DNA of 64,000 nucleotides from IMG/VR virus record IMGVR_UViG_3300011559_000001, positions 128,001-192,000 of that record, one strand, 5' to 3'. Origin of the DNA: a virus (Duplodnaviria > Caudoviricetes). Shown one piece after another: positions 1-7,945 of the stretch (within the stretch, counting starts at the first letter, position 1; each line of letters begins with the position of its first letter). Below the pieces are notes generated by a model. It ran no database searches, was not told the DNA's origin, and was given only the letters and a program-made list of their open reading frames with translations. Made by a program: the position numbers and the translations under genes.

Positions 1-2
1 AC

Positions 3-2384
3 GCGCCTAACACGCACTTCGGTGCTACCAACACGGGCAACACGATCCTTGAGATCGGTGGGCGGGCTGGTACGGCCACCACGGTCGGACTGGACTTCCA
101 CAGCAGTGGCAGTAACAACGACTTTGACTCGCGCATCTCGGCAACGGGTGGTACGGGCACCAACGGTGCAGGTAAGTTGACGGCCTCGGCTATCGACTTC
201 GGGTTCACCGGTACGGTGACGCTGGTCAACGACAAGCTGCTGTACTTCGGCTCCAGTGGTGCAGCCATGCGCGGTACCAGCACGGGTAGCATTGTGTTGG
301 CTTCGGGTGTGGGCGCTAGCGGTAACGTCTACCTGCGTCCCAACGGCGAATCCAGTACCACCGGACAAGCTGTGGTCTACACCAACGGTGTGTTGGATGC
401 CAACAGTCTGAAGGCCAATAACTCCGGTGCTGGCGCAGTCATGCTTGAGCTGTCCGGCGAGCGTGCGTGGCAGTTCCGTCAGTCGGGCACTGCAGCGACT
501 TCGGCACTGGAACTGTTTGACGTCACCGGCGGTAAGCGCTTTGACATCACCTCGACCTCCAGCAGTAACAAGGTCTCCATTGACCCCAACGCTTCTCGCG
601 TGTCGGCCAATGAGTTCGTCGGTTCGCTGACCGGTAATGCCAGCACGGCCACCAATGCATCGACGGTGGGCAATCTGGCGGCGGGTTCGTTCCTGCGTAG
701 CGATTCCACCAACAGTGTTGATGTGCGTTTGGCATCTGGTGACGGTCGTGGTCTGCGGTTCTGGGACAACGACAATTACAAGATCTCCATGAGTGCGGCG
801 ACCACGGCTAACACCGGTGGTCGGATCACGGGTGAAACCACCTCTGATTACAACATGTACTTCCGCATGTCCTCGGGCACCAATCGCGGTTTCGTCTTCG
901 AGGCTAGCAATGCCAACAAGATCTTCGCGATCAACCCCAACGGCGTTCGGTCGGTTGTGGGTATGTACGCTCCGGGCTTCACCGGTCCGCTGATTGGTAA
1001 CGCCGACACGGCAACCAAGCTGGCTACGGCCCGCACGATCAACGGTGTCAGCTTTGATGGCTCGGCTAACATCACCATCAATGCCGCATGGGCCGGTGGT
1101 AATGTCAACAATGTGATCAACATCTTCAACGGTACGATCAACTCGCAAGCGTCGTTGTTGACGTTGGGTTGGGGTACCGGTTCGACACGATGGGCGCATG
1201 TGTTTGAAGGCGACGCTACCTACTCGCTGTACTCCTACAACGCTAGTGGTGGTAATCCGTTGCGTGTGGCATGGTTTGCCAATTTGGCCGGCGGCGGCAA
1301 TAGCTTCTCTGCATTCGGCGTTGAAGGTGGTATCCGCACCCAAGGCGCCAGCGCAGGGCTTAACGTGGCTGACCGTACCGGTGGTAGTAATGGTGATTGG
1401 AGCATCTACGCTTCGGATCAGGCGCTTCGCTTCTGGTACGGCGGGACGGGCGCCAGTGATAAGGTCTCCATCAGTTCCGGTGGTGAGGTGGGTGCTCAGC
1501 GTGCACGACTGATCGCTGAAGCGCCGCTGCACTTTACCTTCGGCAATGGCAGTTTGTCGCGCATCTACGCATGGGGTACGGGTGGTGCAGGCGATGACAT
1601 GTTCAACGTCTTGCGCAATGGCACCAGTAACTACAACCTGTTCTGGAACGGCAACATGGAGGCGTCCAACACGCTCCGTGTGGGCAATCAACTCTACCTC
1701 AACGGTGGTTGGTTCCGTACCCAGCAGTCAGGGTGTGGTTGGTACCACGAAGTCCATGGTGGTGGTTGGTTCATGCAGGATAACACCTGGATCCGAACCT
1801 ACAACGGCAAGGGTGTCCTGATCACCGGTGCCTCCGGCAATGACGGTGGCCTGCGTATGGAAGGTCCCTCGCCGACGGTCACCTTCTACGATACCGACAG
1901 TGGTCGTACCAACTGGCTGCACTGCAATGACGACAACATTGGCTTCCTGGCCAGTAACTCGTTCTCGTGGGCAACCTACCGCAACGGCAGCAACGACTGG
2001 GTGTGTATCGGTAACATCGTGGGCTACTCCTCCGATGAACGCCTGAAGCACCACATCTACAACGTGGACCGTGCGATCCCAACGGACTTCTTTGACCGCT
2101 TCGTGGTCCGGGAATTCGACTGGAACTACGACGCCATTGCGGAACTGAATCCCGACTTCAAGCCGATTGCCGACCACGAGGTCGGTGCCGTCGCGCAGGA
2201 GGTCGAGAAGGTCTATCCGTTCATGGTGACCACGCACGAGCACACCGGCATCAAGACGATCATGTGGGACAAGGCTGTCCCGCTGTTGATCTCTGAGGTG
2301 CAGGAGCTGCGCAAGCTCAAGCCGGTCGTTGACGAGCTGCTCCAGCGCATCGCGGCGCTGGAGGCCAAGACTGGGGGTGGCTAA
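3..2384 (+). CDS. Tail fibre protein with C-terminal peptidase S74 intramolecular chaperone (5' truncated by the window)
   Basis: Frame is open from base 3 (…GLDFHSSGSNNDFDSRI…), so the ORF-track start at 177 is not the true start. Gly/Ser/Thr/Asn-rich, contains the fibre motif KLATARTINGVSFDGSANITI, then SDERLK…GAVAQEVEKVYP plus a C-terminal coiled coil typical of S74. Confidence 0.9.
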   Translation, partial: APNTHFGATNTGNTILEIGGRAGTATTVGLDFHSSGSNNDFDSRISATGGTGTNGAGKLTASAIDFGFTGTVTLVNDKLLYFGSSGAAMRGTSTGSIVLASGVGASGNVYLRPNGESSTTGQAVVYTNGVLDANSLKANNSGAGAVMLELSGERAWQFRQSGTAATSALELFDVTGGKRFDITSTSSSNKVSIDPNASRVSANEFVGSLTGNASTATNASTVGNLAAGSFLRSDSTNSVDVRLASGDGRGLRFWDNDNYKISMSAATTANTGGRITGETTSDYNMYFRMSSGTNRGFVFEASNANKIFAINPNGVRSVVGMYAPGFTGPLIGNADTATKLATARTINGVSFDGSANITINAAWAGGNVNNVINIFNGTINSQASLLTLGWGTGSTRWAHVFEGDATYSLYSYNASGGNPLRVAWFANLAGGGNSFSAFGVEGGIRTQGASAGLNVADRTGGSNGDWSIYASDQALRFWYGGTGASDKVSISSGGEVGAQRARLIAEAPLHFTFGNGSLSRIYAWGTGGAGDDMFNVLRNGTSNYNLFWNGNMEASNTLRVGNQLYLNGGWFRTQQSGCGWYHEVHGGGWFMQDNTWIRTYNGKGVLITGASGNDGGLRMEGPSPTVTFYDTDSGRTNWLHCNDDNIGFLASNSFSWATYRNGSNDWVCIGNIVGYSSDERLKHHIYNVDRAIPTDFFDRFVVREFDWNYDAIAELNPDFKPIADHEVGAVAQEVEKVYPFMVTTHEHTGIKTIMWDKAVPLLISEVQELRKLKPVVDELLQRIAALEAKTGGG

Positions 2385-2854
2385 TGGCCATCCCCACCTC
2401 TGGTCAAATCAGCTTCGGTGACTTCCTTAACGAGTTCGGTGGGGGCACGCCGGTCTATTTCAGCCAGATGTATCGTGGCGGTCCGCGTGTTCCCAACAAC
2501 TCGGCCAACCAAGGCGTCCCCACCAGCGGTACGTTGTACCTCTCGCAGTTTCGAGGTGCAGCTGCCTCAGTGGGTTCTCCGCTGTCGGTCACCGCACCGA
2601 ACGTGAGTCGTGTGGTCAACAGCGGTACGGCCACCGGTAGCTCGGTAGCCAGTGCCTCCGGTGGTTCGGGTGGTTACACCTATACCTGGACCAACGGTAC
2701 GCCGGGCGCCAACTTCAGTTCCAATGGTGCAACGGCGACTTGGTCGTCCCCCTCGAGTCGTTCGGGTACGGGTACGGTCACGGTACGCGACTCCTCCGGT
2801 GCAACGGCCTCCTACCAGATCTACGTGGATCTCACGGTGGGTCGTCCGGTTTAA
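2384..2854 (+). CDS. Small tail-fibre tip/adhesin-like protein, paralog 1
   Basis: TAATG overlap with the fibre stop. N-terminal module (EFGG…YRGG…VP…N…SQFRGA) is shared with 3362 and 3901; the C-terminus is a Ser/Thr/Gly beta-rich domain. Confidence 0.7.
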   Translation: MAIPTSGQISFGDFLNEFGGGTPVYFSQMYRGGPRVPNNSANQGVPTSGTLYLSQFRGAAASVGSPLSVTAPNVSRVVNSGTATGSSVASASGGSGGYTYTWTNGTPGANFSSNGATATWSSPSSRSGTGTVTVRDSSGATASYQIYVDLTVGRPV

Positions 2855-2926
2855 GTAAACCTCCAACGGGACATGGACGTCCCTGCGGACACCTTTTCAC
2901 ATGGCACAGTTCTACGGGGGTAGACA

Positions 2927-3358
2927 ATGTCCAATCAACAAGAGAATGCACGTTTCGTGGACATGGGTGGCGGCAACATTGCCGAAATGATTTCGCACCA
3001 GATCCAAGTGTTCTGGGATCCGACCAACCAAGCAGCGCGGGCTGTGTTCAACGGCGCCCCGTACATGCTGATGGGTCGCAAGTACCAGCGCATTGGCTTG
3101 GAGCAGGACATGCTCGAGCAGGAACTGACGCACCTGATGCACCTGCGTCTGATCCCGCCGGGTACGCTTGATCCGGTCACAGGCTTTGACCTGTCCAACG
3201 TGTCGATGTATGGCATCGTGCTCATCCACAAGGGTGCGTACGACTTCTTCTACAACGTCCGTGCTGGCACGCCGGGGTACCCGTTGCCGGGTACGATCGA
3301 AGGCGCCCAGCCCACTTACCAAGGTGACAGCCGCCCGGCGGCACCCGTGGAGATCTAA
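2927..3358 (+). CDS. Tail-associated hypothetical protein (DPVTG..LS.VS…K.AYD motif), possible fibre/tip assembly factor
   Basis: Clean ORF with G-rich RBS between tip paralogs; the motif is recalled from Xanthomonadaceae phage tail modules. Confidence 0.6.
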   Translation: MSNQQENARFVDMGGGNIAEMISHQIQVFWDPTNQAARAVFNGAPYMLMGRKYQRIGLEQDMLEQELTHLMHLRLIPPGTLDPVTGFDLSNVSMYGIVLIHKGAYDFFYNVRAGTPGYPLPGTIEGAQPTYQGDSRPAAPVEI

Positions 3359-3361
3359 ACC

Positions 3362-3838
3362 ATGGCATTGGGTACGAATCCGAGTTTCTCGCAAGTGCGC
3401 GCGTTCTTTGGAGGGTCTGCGAATCTAAAGGACTATTATCGTGGGGGACCTTACGTACCCAATATCCCGGCGAACAACGCCATCTCCACTACAGCCGCTG
3501 GATTGCGGTTGACCCAGTTTACCGGCGCTGACAAGCAGTCGAACTTCACCTGGAGTGTGAGCCCGAACATGTTCCGGGTAAACAACTCCACTGCGTGGAC
3601 AACGCAGGCGTTCACCATCACCACTTCCGGAGCGACCGGAGCGGTGACCTATGCAATCGAGCTGTATCCGCAATCGGGGATGCTGGCCAATGTCATTTCT
3701 GGTAACGGCACCGCCAACCCGTCCGTCCAAGCACGCCGACAGGGTCAGGAAGTCAGTGGCGAGGACAGTTTCATTCGCTTCAAGGTCACGCACGCTGGTG
3801 TCACCACTAGCGTTGACGTGCAGATGTACTTCGGCTAA
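3362..3838 (+). CDS. Small tail-fibre tip/adhesin-like protein, paralog 2
   Basis: 37 of the first 41 residues are identical to 3901..4479; unrelated beta-rich C-terminus. Confidence 0.7.
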   Translation: MALGTNPSFSQVRAFFGGSANLKDYYRGGPYVPNIPANNAISTTAAGLRLTQFTGADKQSNFTWSVSPNMFRVNNSTAWTTQAFTITTSGATGAVTYAIELYPQSGMLANVISGNGTANPSVQARRQGQEVSGEDSFIRFKVTHAGVTTSVDVQMYFG

Positions 3839-3842
3839 CGCA

Positions 3843-3875
3843 AGGGAGGGACTTCGGTCCCTCCCTATTTTATGC
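3843..3875 (+). terminator. Hairpin AGGGAGGGAC-TTCG-GTCCCTCCCT followed by ATTTTATGC
   Basis: Perfect 10-bp stem with UUCG loop just after the stop codon. Confidence 0.75.
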
Positions 3876-3900
3876 TCTCTTCCACTTTGCAGTAGCAGTC

Positions 3901-4479
3901 ATGGCTTTAGGTTCTAACCCCAGCTTTTCCCAGATCCGTGCTTTCTTTGGTGGGTCGAATAACTTCAAGGATTACTATCGCGGCGGCCCGTACGTCCCGA
4001 ACATTCCTGCCAATAACGCCATCCCCACCGGTCCTGCGGGGATGAGCATGCGCCAGTTCTCTGGTGCTGATAAGAACACCGCACCTCCCGTACCGAACTT
4101 TGGTGATGCCAGTGCGTATGCTGACCTGTTCGTCAATAGTGCGGGCGGCGGCAGTTGTAACGCCTACGTCGAACTGCACAACAACGGTCAGGTGTATTCG
4201 TATTCCTCGACCAATGGTGCTGGTTATGTCTCCACCTGGCTGCCCAGTGGTCGCTCCCCTGGCGAGTACATGGCCCGACGTAGTTTTGACAATGGTGCGA
4301 CGTGGGAAGGCTGGCAGTCGCTGGCGTCCACGTACCTGTGTGTCTCGGCCAATGCGTGGTCCGATGGCTTCTACAGTGAACAAGATAGCCAGGTTGCGCT
4401 GGTGCAGATCGGCTATGGTGGGAATGTCCAAGCCCAAGCTAACTTCTACGCCACCGCCTCGGCCAACGGTCGCGGTTAA
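3901..4479 (+). CDS. Small tail-fibre tip/adhesin-like protein, paralog 3
   Basis: Shared N-terminal module, Pro linker (TAPPVP), aromatic-rich variable C-terminal domain. Confidence 0.7.
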   Translation: MALGSNPSFSQIRAFFGGSNNFKDYYRGGPYVPNIPANNAIPTGPAGMSMRQFSGADKNTAPPVPNFGDASAYADLFVNSAGGGSCNAYVELHNNGQVYSYSSTNGAGYVSTWLPSGRSPGEYMARRSFDNGATWEGWQSLASTYLCVSANAWSDGFYSEQDSQVALVQIGYGGNVQAQANFYATASANGRG

Positions 4480-4491
4480 TCGTTAGGTCAA

Positions 4492-4586
4492 GTGGGCAAT
4501 ACTTTGAGATCGTCTCGTGAAGAGGCGAATGAAAGATTACGCAGCCTGCTAGATGTAGTGAAAAACATCCAGCGTGGCTGGTCCAC
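4492..4586 (+). ncRNA. Candidate structured RNA (three-way junction), family unknown
   Basis: Closing stem GTGGGC/GTCCAC; arm 1 AAT.CTTT…TCGTCTC-GTGAA-GAGGCGA…AAAG.ATT; arm 2 CAGCC.GCT.GATGT-AGTGAAAA-ACATC.AGC..GGCTG. G-U pairs favour the + strand. Confidence 0.45.
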
Positions 4587-4609
4587 AGAACTTTAAAGGC
4601 TGGTACTCT

Positions 4610-5140
4610 ATGGGCAATCCCCTACCTTCTGATCGACGCTTCGACAAGCCGCCACTGGATTCGCTGGTCGATCTGTTGAACAAGAGCAACAAGACGTATC
4701 TGGTCTACGGCACGATCGCTGCAGATCGGGTTCAACCGGTCGCCTCCGATACCCCTGAGCTGTACAACAGTTCAGTGCGCATCTGTCTGCCGGGGATGGA
4801 GGCCGTAGGTCCGTACTCGCGCATGACCTATGCGCGACTGGACATCGGCGAGTATGTCCCCGTCCCGGACTTCTTCAACTACGTTGAAGGCGACCAGATC
4901 GGTTCGCTGTTTACGCAGTTGCGTGAAAAGCATCGCATCTGGCTGACCGGAGAAGACTGCGCGGTGGTCATTGGTGACCACGACGAGAACAGTCTGCGCA
5001 CCATCACCTTTGTCCCCAAAGACGGCCACCTGGTGTGGACCGGCGTGCTGAAGGTTCAGGCTGGCGCCTTGAATCACATCGGCAAAGAAATTCGCCATAC
5101 GGAAATGCTAGGTTTCACGATCGAGCAATTGACGGCATAA
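4610..5140 (+). CDS. Putative virion structural (baseplate/tail) protein
   Basis: ATG at 4610 preferred over GTG 4574. The L..L.NK.N…Y.RLD…HLVWTG pattern resembles phiKZ-like tail-region paralogs. Confidence 0.6.
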   Translation: MGNPLPSDRRFDKPPLDSLVDLLNKSNKTYLVYGTIAADRVQPVASDTPELYNSSVRICLPGMEAVGPYSRMTYARLDIGEYVPVPDFFNYVEGDQIGSLFTQLREKHRIWLTGEDCAVVIGDHDENSLRTITFVPKDGHLVWTGVLKVQAGALNHIGKEIRHTEMLGFTIEQLTA

Positions 5141-5177
5141 ACGACTAGGGCTCCACTTCGGAGCCCTAGTTATGTCG
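5133..5177. terminator. GCATA-hairpin-TATG element
   Basis: CGGCATAA…ACTAGGGCTCC-acttc-GGAGCCCTAGT-TATGTCG. Confidence 0.7.
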
Positions 5178-5253
5178 CCTATACTGTGACTACCTTGATC
5201 CGCGACCGCGTGTCGGGTCGGATTCTTGTTCATACTCACAGTGGAGTCATTCC

Positions 5254-6129
5254 ATGGCAACTGCGCCACGCATCATCACGCGCACCATCATCGGTTCGCG
5301 TATCCTCGCCGCTCTGCAACAGGGCAAGGCGTTCACCCACGTTCAGTACACCACGCTCAACGAGGGTCTGGGCATCAACGCTGGCGTCATGCCGGTGGAC
5401 GGCGACACCCCGCGTGTGCGCTACTACGCCATCGGTATCAATGGCCACATCAACAAGGTGGGCAGCGACGGCGGCCACTACTCCCAGGCCCGACAGAAGG
5501 GTCCGGAAGAGTTCGGCCTGTACAGCCAGATCCCGTTCGTGCTGCGCTCGCCGACCGAAGACCTGACGCAAGCTGAGCGCGCACCGTACGCCCTGCGTAA
5601 GATCATCGAGATCAACGGCGAGAAGTTCGTCGCCTACTACCTCAAGCGCATCCCGATTTCGGCTGAGCCGGTCAAGATGCTGCAGAACACCGTCGTAGAC
5701 GGCGTCACCACCACGGTGCCCTTCGTCCCGACCAACGCCAACCTGCATCCGAGTCCGAAGGATCCGACTTCCACCAACGTCATCTCCACCAACGGCACTT
5801 ACCTGTCGACCTCGGCGATGATGGCACTGGAGTTCGGCCCGAAGGACGTGGAGGAACTGCTGCAGGTGGCCACGATCATGTTCGGCTCGGAAGAGCGCGC
5901 ACTGATCTCCGAAATCGCACTGGTCGCCGGTAGCGACCGTGTCATCCAGATCACCGACCCCGGCCAAGCTCCGTTCAACATGAACGAAGTGGTGATGGCG
6001 CAGATCGCTACCCATATCACTGGCCTGTGGCCGGTGGCCTTCACGTCGCAGGGCTTCACCTACGACCTGGATCTGGGTGGTACCGAGCCGATGGTGGGCA
6101 TGGACGCAAGTGCCGCCACCAACCCCTAA
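5254..6129 (+). CDS. Virion structural protein conserved in phiKZ-like phages
   Basis: Motifs TTLNE…YYAIG..GH…IPFVLR…YYLKRI…ISEIALVAG; adjacent to RuvC as recalled for this phage group. Confidence 0.7.
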   Translation: MATAPRIITRTIIGSRILAALQQGKAFTHVQYTTLNEGLGINAGVMPVDGDTPRVRYYAIGINGHINKVGSDGGHYSQARQKGPEEFGLYSQIPFVLRSPTEDLTQAERAPYALRKIIEINGEKFVAYYLKRIPISAEPVKMLQNTVVDGVTTTVPFVPTNANLHPSPKDPTSTNVISTNGTYLSTSAMMALEFGPKDVEELLQVATIMFGSEERALISEIALVAGSDRVIQITDPGQAPFNMNEVVMAQIATHITGLWPVAFTSQGFTYDLDLGGTEPMVGMDASAATNP

Positions 6130-6149
6130 GCCAACACGGAAATACAACA

Positions 6150-6728
6150 ATGCCACAAGAAGCTGATGATCTGTTTCGAGTGGTAGGCATTGACCCCGGT
6201 ACGGAGAACCTCGGTATCTCCGTACTGGATCTGTCCTTGCGGACGGGCCAAGTAACTGTGGCTTACTCTGAGACCATTATCACCCAGAAGCATCTGGCTG
6301 ATTATCGTGTCGAAGAGAAAGTACACGGGGCACGTACCGCGAGGCTGATGGCGCTGGAAGACCGTTTGTTCACTTTGTTCGAACTGCTCCAGCCACATGC
6401 CATCTGCACAGAGTCGCCTTTTTTGGGACGCTTCCCACAAGCTTTCGCGGCCTTGACTGAATGCGTCAGCTACGTGCGGCGGGCTGTGTGTCGGTATGAC
6501 CGATACATGCCCTTGGAGATGGTTGATCCACCCACTGCTAAAAAGGCGGTGGGGATGACAGTCAAGCGCGGTATCACGAAAGACGACGTCACTGCGGCAG
6601 TGAGAAAGCTGCTTATCCAATACGCGGACGGGCTGAGCCTGGACGAGATGGACGAGCATCGCGTAGACTCCATTGCCGTAGCCTACTACCACACCCTTCA
6701 CTTCAGGAACCAGATTCCTGATCTTTGA
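6150..6728 (+). CDS. ruvC: Holliday junction resolvase, RuvC-like
   Basis: VVGIDPGTENLG, central E (CTESPF), P..AKKAVG…KDDV, and DEHRVDSIAVA acidic residues. ATG 6150 preferred. Confidence 0.88.
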   Translation: MPQEADDLFRVVGIDPGTENLGISVLDLSLRTGQVTVAYSETIITQKHLADYRVEEKVHGARTARLMALEDRLFTLFELLQPHAICTESPFLGRFPQAFAALTECVSYVRRAVCRYDRYMPLEMVDPPTAKKAVGMTVKRGITKDDVTAAVRKLLIQYADGLSLDEMDEHRVDSIAVAYYHTLHFRNQIPDL

Positions 6729-7237
6729 GCCAATGCGAGGTCGCCATGAAACTGGATGATGTATTCGGTACTGCTGGCGACCATCAGCTCTCCACATTCG
6801 ACTGGGGTGCCAGTGCCGTGTTGCTGTACAACACGCTGGTGCCTGCCGAGAATGCCATCGACGTGAGCCACACAGGCCAGATGGCCTTTGATAAGCTGCG
6901 TCGTCTGCCGAGCCACACCTTGGTCGCTGTCTTGCAGCGCCAAGTGCTTGTCGAAGGTGGTTCTGTCCAGTTCCTGGGCACGCCGCGCGAACAAGCCGCC
7001 GGGGTTCCCCCGACGGTGCCTCAAGGTCAGCGCAGGATGAGTCCCATTGCAATCATGCTGATGGTCATCATGTCAGTGATTGCGTTGGGTCTGACCTTCT
7101 CCATGAACAACGGAAAGCAGGTGGATCCGGAAGCTTTCAAGTCCGTGATCACTGCGATGGTGGACATTCTCAAGGAAGAGAACAAGAAGGACGCTCCTGC
7201 GTCTCCGGCCGAGCAACAGCAGCTGGTGGTTCCCTGA
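6725..7237 (+). CDS. Hypothetical membrane protein
   Basis: One hydrophobic helix (IAIMLMVIMSVIALGLTF); start may be ATG 6746. Confidence 0.6.
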   Translation: MSQCEVAMKLDDVFGTAGDHQLSTFDWGASAVLLYNTLVPAENAIDVSHTGQMAFDKLRRLPSHTLVAVLQRQVLVEGGSVQFLGTPREQAAGVPPTVPQGQRRMSPIAIMLMVIMSVIALGLTFSMNNGKQVDPEAFKSVITAMVDILKEENKKDAPASPAEQQQLVVP

Positions 7238-7239
7238 CC

Positions 7240-7278
7240 AACATAACGCCCCCTCCCGAAAGGGAGGGGGCTTATGCT
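7240..7278. terminator. Bidirectional CATA-hairpin-TATG element between convergent genes
   Basis: ACATAAC-GCCCCCTCCC-GAAA-GGGAGGGGGC-TTATGC. Confidence 0.8.
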
Positions 7279-7280
7279 GT

Positions 7281-7892
7281 TTACAGTGCTTGTAGCTGGA
7301 AGTGCACCGGGGTCTTCTTGATGGCCTTGGCCACCTGCGACAGGATCGCAGTGGGTTCACGGTAGGTACCGTATTCCTTCATGTAGTCCGTTTCCAGACG
7401 GCGCTTCTTTTCCATGCGCTTCTTGCTCTGGCTCCATCCGAAGATGCCCCACGCACGCACGGCCAGGAACATCACCGTACGTTCAAACAGGTTCACCCCG
7501 GCCACCTTCATCGCATCGCGGAAGATGTGATCGGCCTTTTTACGACTGACGGTGACGGGCACCTCGTTGTGGAACATGGTCTTACCTTCGCACAGGATGT
7601 CGTGCAGGACAGCAGCCTGGCCGTAACGGCCCCACGGCGGCAGGATGAACCACAACGGCTTGGGCACGCTGGCACCATCGGTGAGGAAGCCTGCCGGGAT
7701 ATACGCCCAGACATCACGGTTCTCAACATCCAGGTAATAGCGGAAGGACTTGGTGACCTTGTAATAGGCCTTGCCCAACAACTCCGTTGCGGCTTGGTCT
7801 TTCACCACTTCCAACTCTGCGTCGAAATTGGTGAATGCCTCAGCGGCCTGCAGCAACGTGGCCGTGGGGACATAAGGTGTTTCGATGTTCAT
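7281..7892 (-). CDS. DUF1353 family protein
   Basis: IPAGFLTDGASVPK…WGRYGQAAVLHDILC…RKKADHIFRDAM…AVRAWG signature; GGAG RBS before ATG 7892. Confidence 0.85.
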   Translation of the reverse strand: MNIETPYVPTATLLQAAEAFTNFDAELEVVKDQAATELLGKAYYKVTKSFRYYLDVENRDVWAYIPAGFLTDGASVPKPLWFILPPWGRYGQAAVLHDILCEGKTMFHNEVPVTVSRKKADHIFRDAMKVAGVNLFERTVMFLAVRAWGIFGWSQSKKRMEKKRRLETDYMKEYGTYREPTAILSQVAKAIKKTPVHFQLQAL

Positions 7893-7913
7893 TGAATGCT
7901 CCACGGAATAAGA

Positions 7914-7938
7914 AACCGGGGAGGTTACCCTCCCCGGT
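7914..7938. terminator. Hairpin ACCGGGGAGG-TTAC-CCTCCCCGGT
   Basis: Perfect stem downstream of the Hint gene; near-identical stem at about 42581-42603. Confidence 0.65.
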
Positions 7939-7945
7939 GTTTGCC

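Noticed and set aside
2384-4479. Diversity-generating retroelement or shufflon acting on the tip paralogs
   Set aside because: No reverse transcriptase, invertase, inverted crossover sites or adenine-only template/variable repeat pair in the window.
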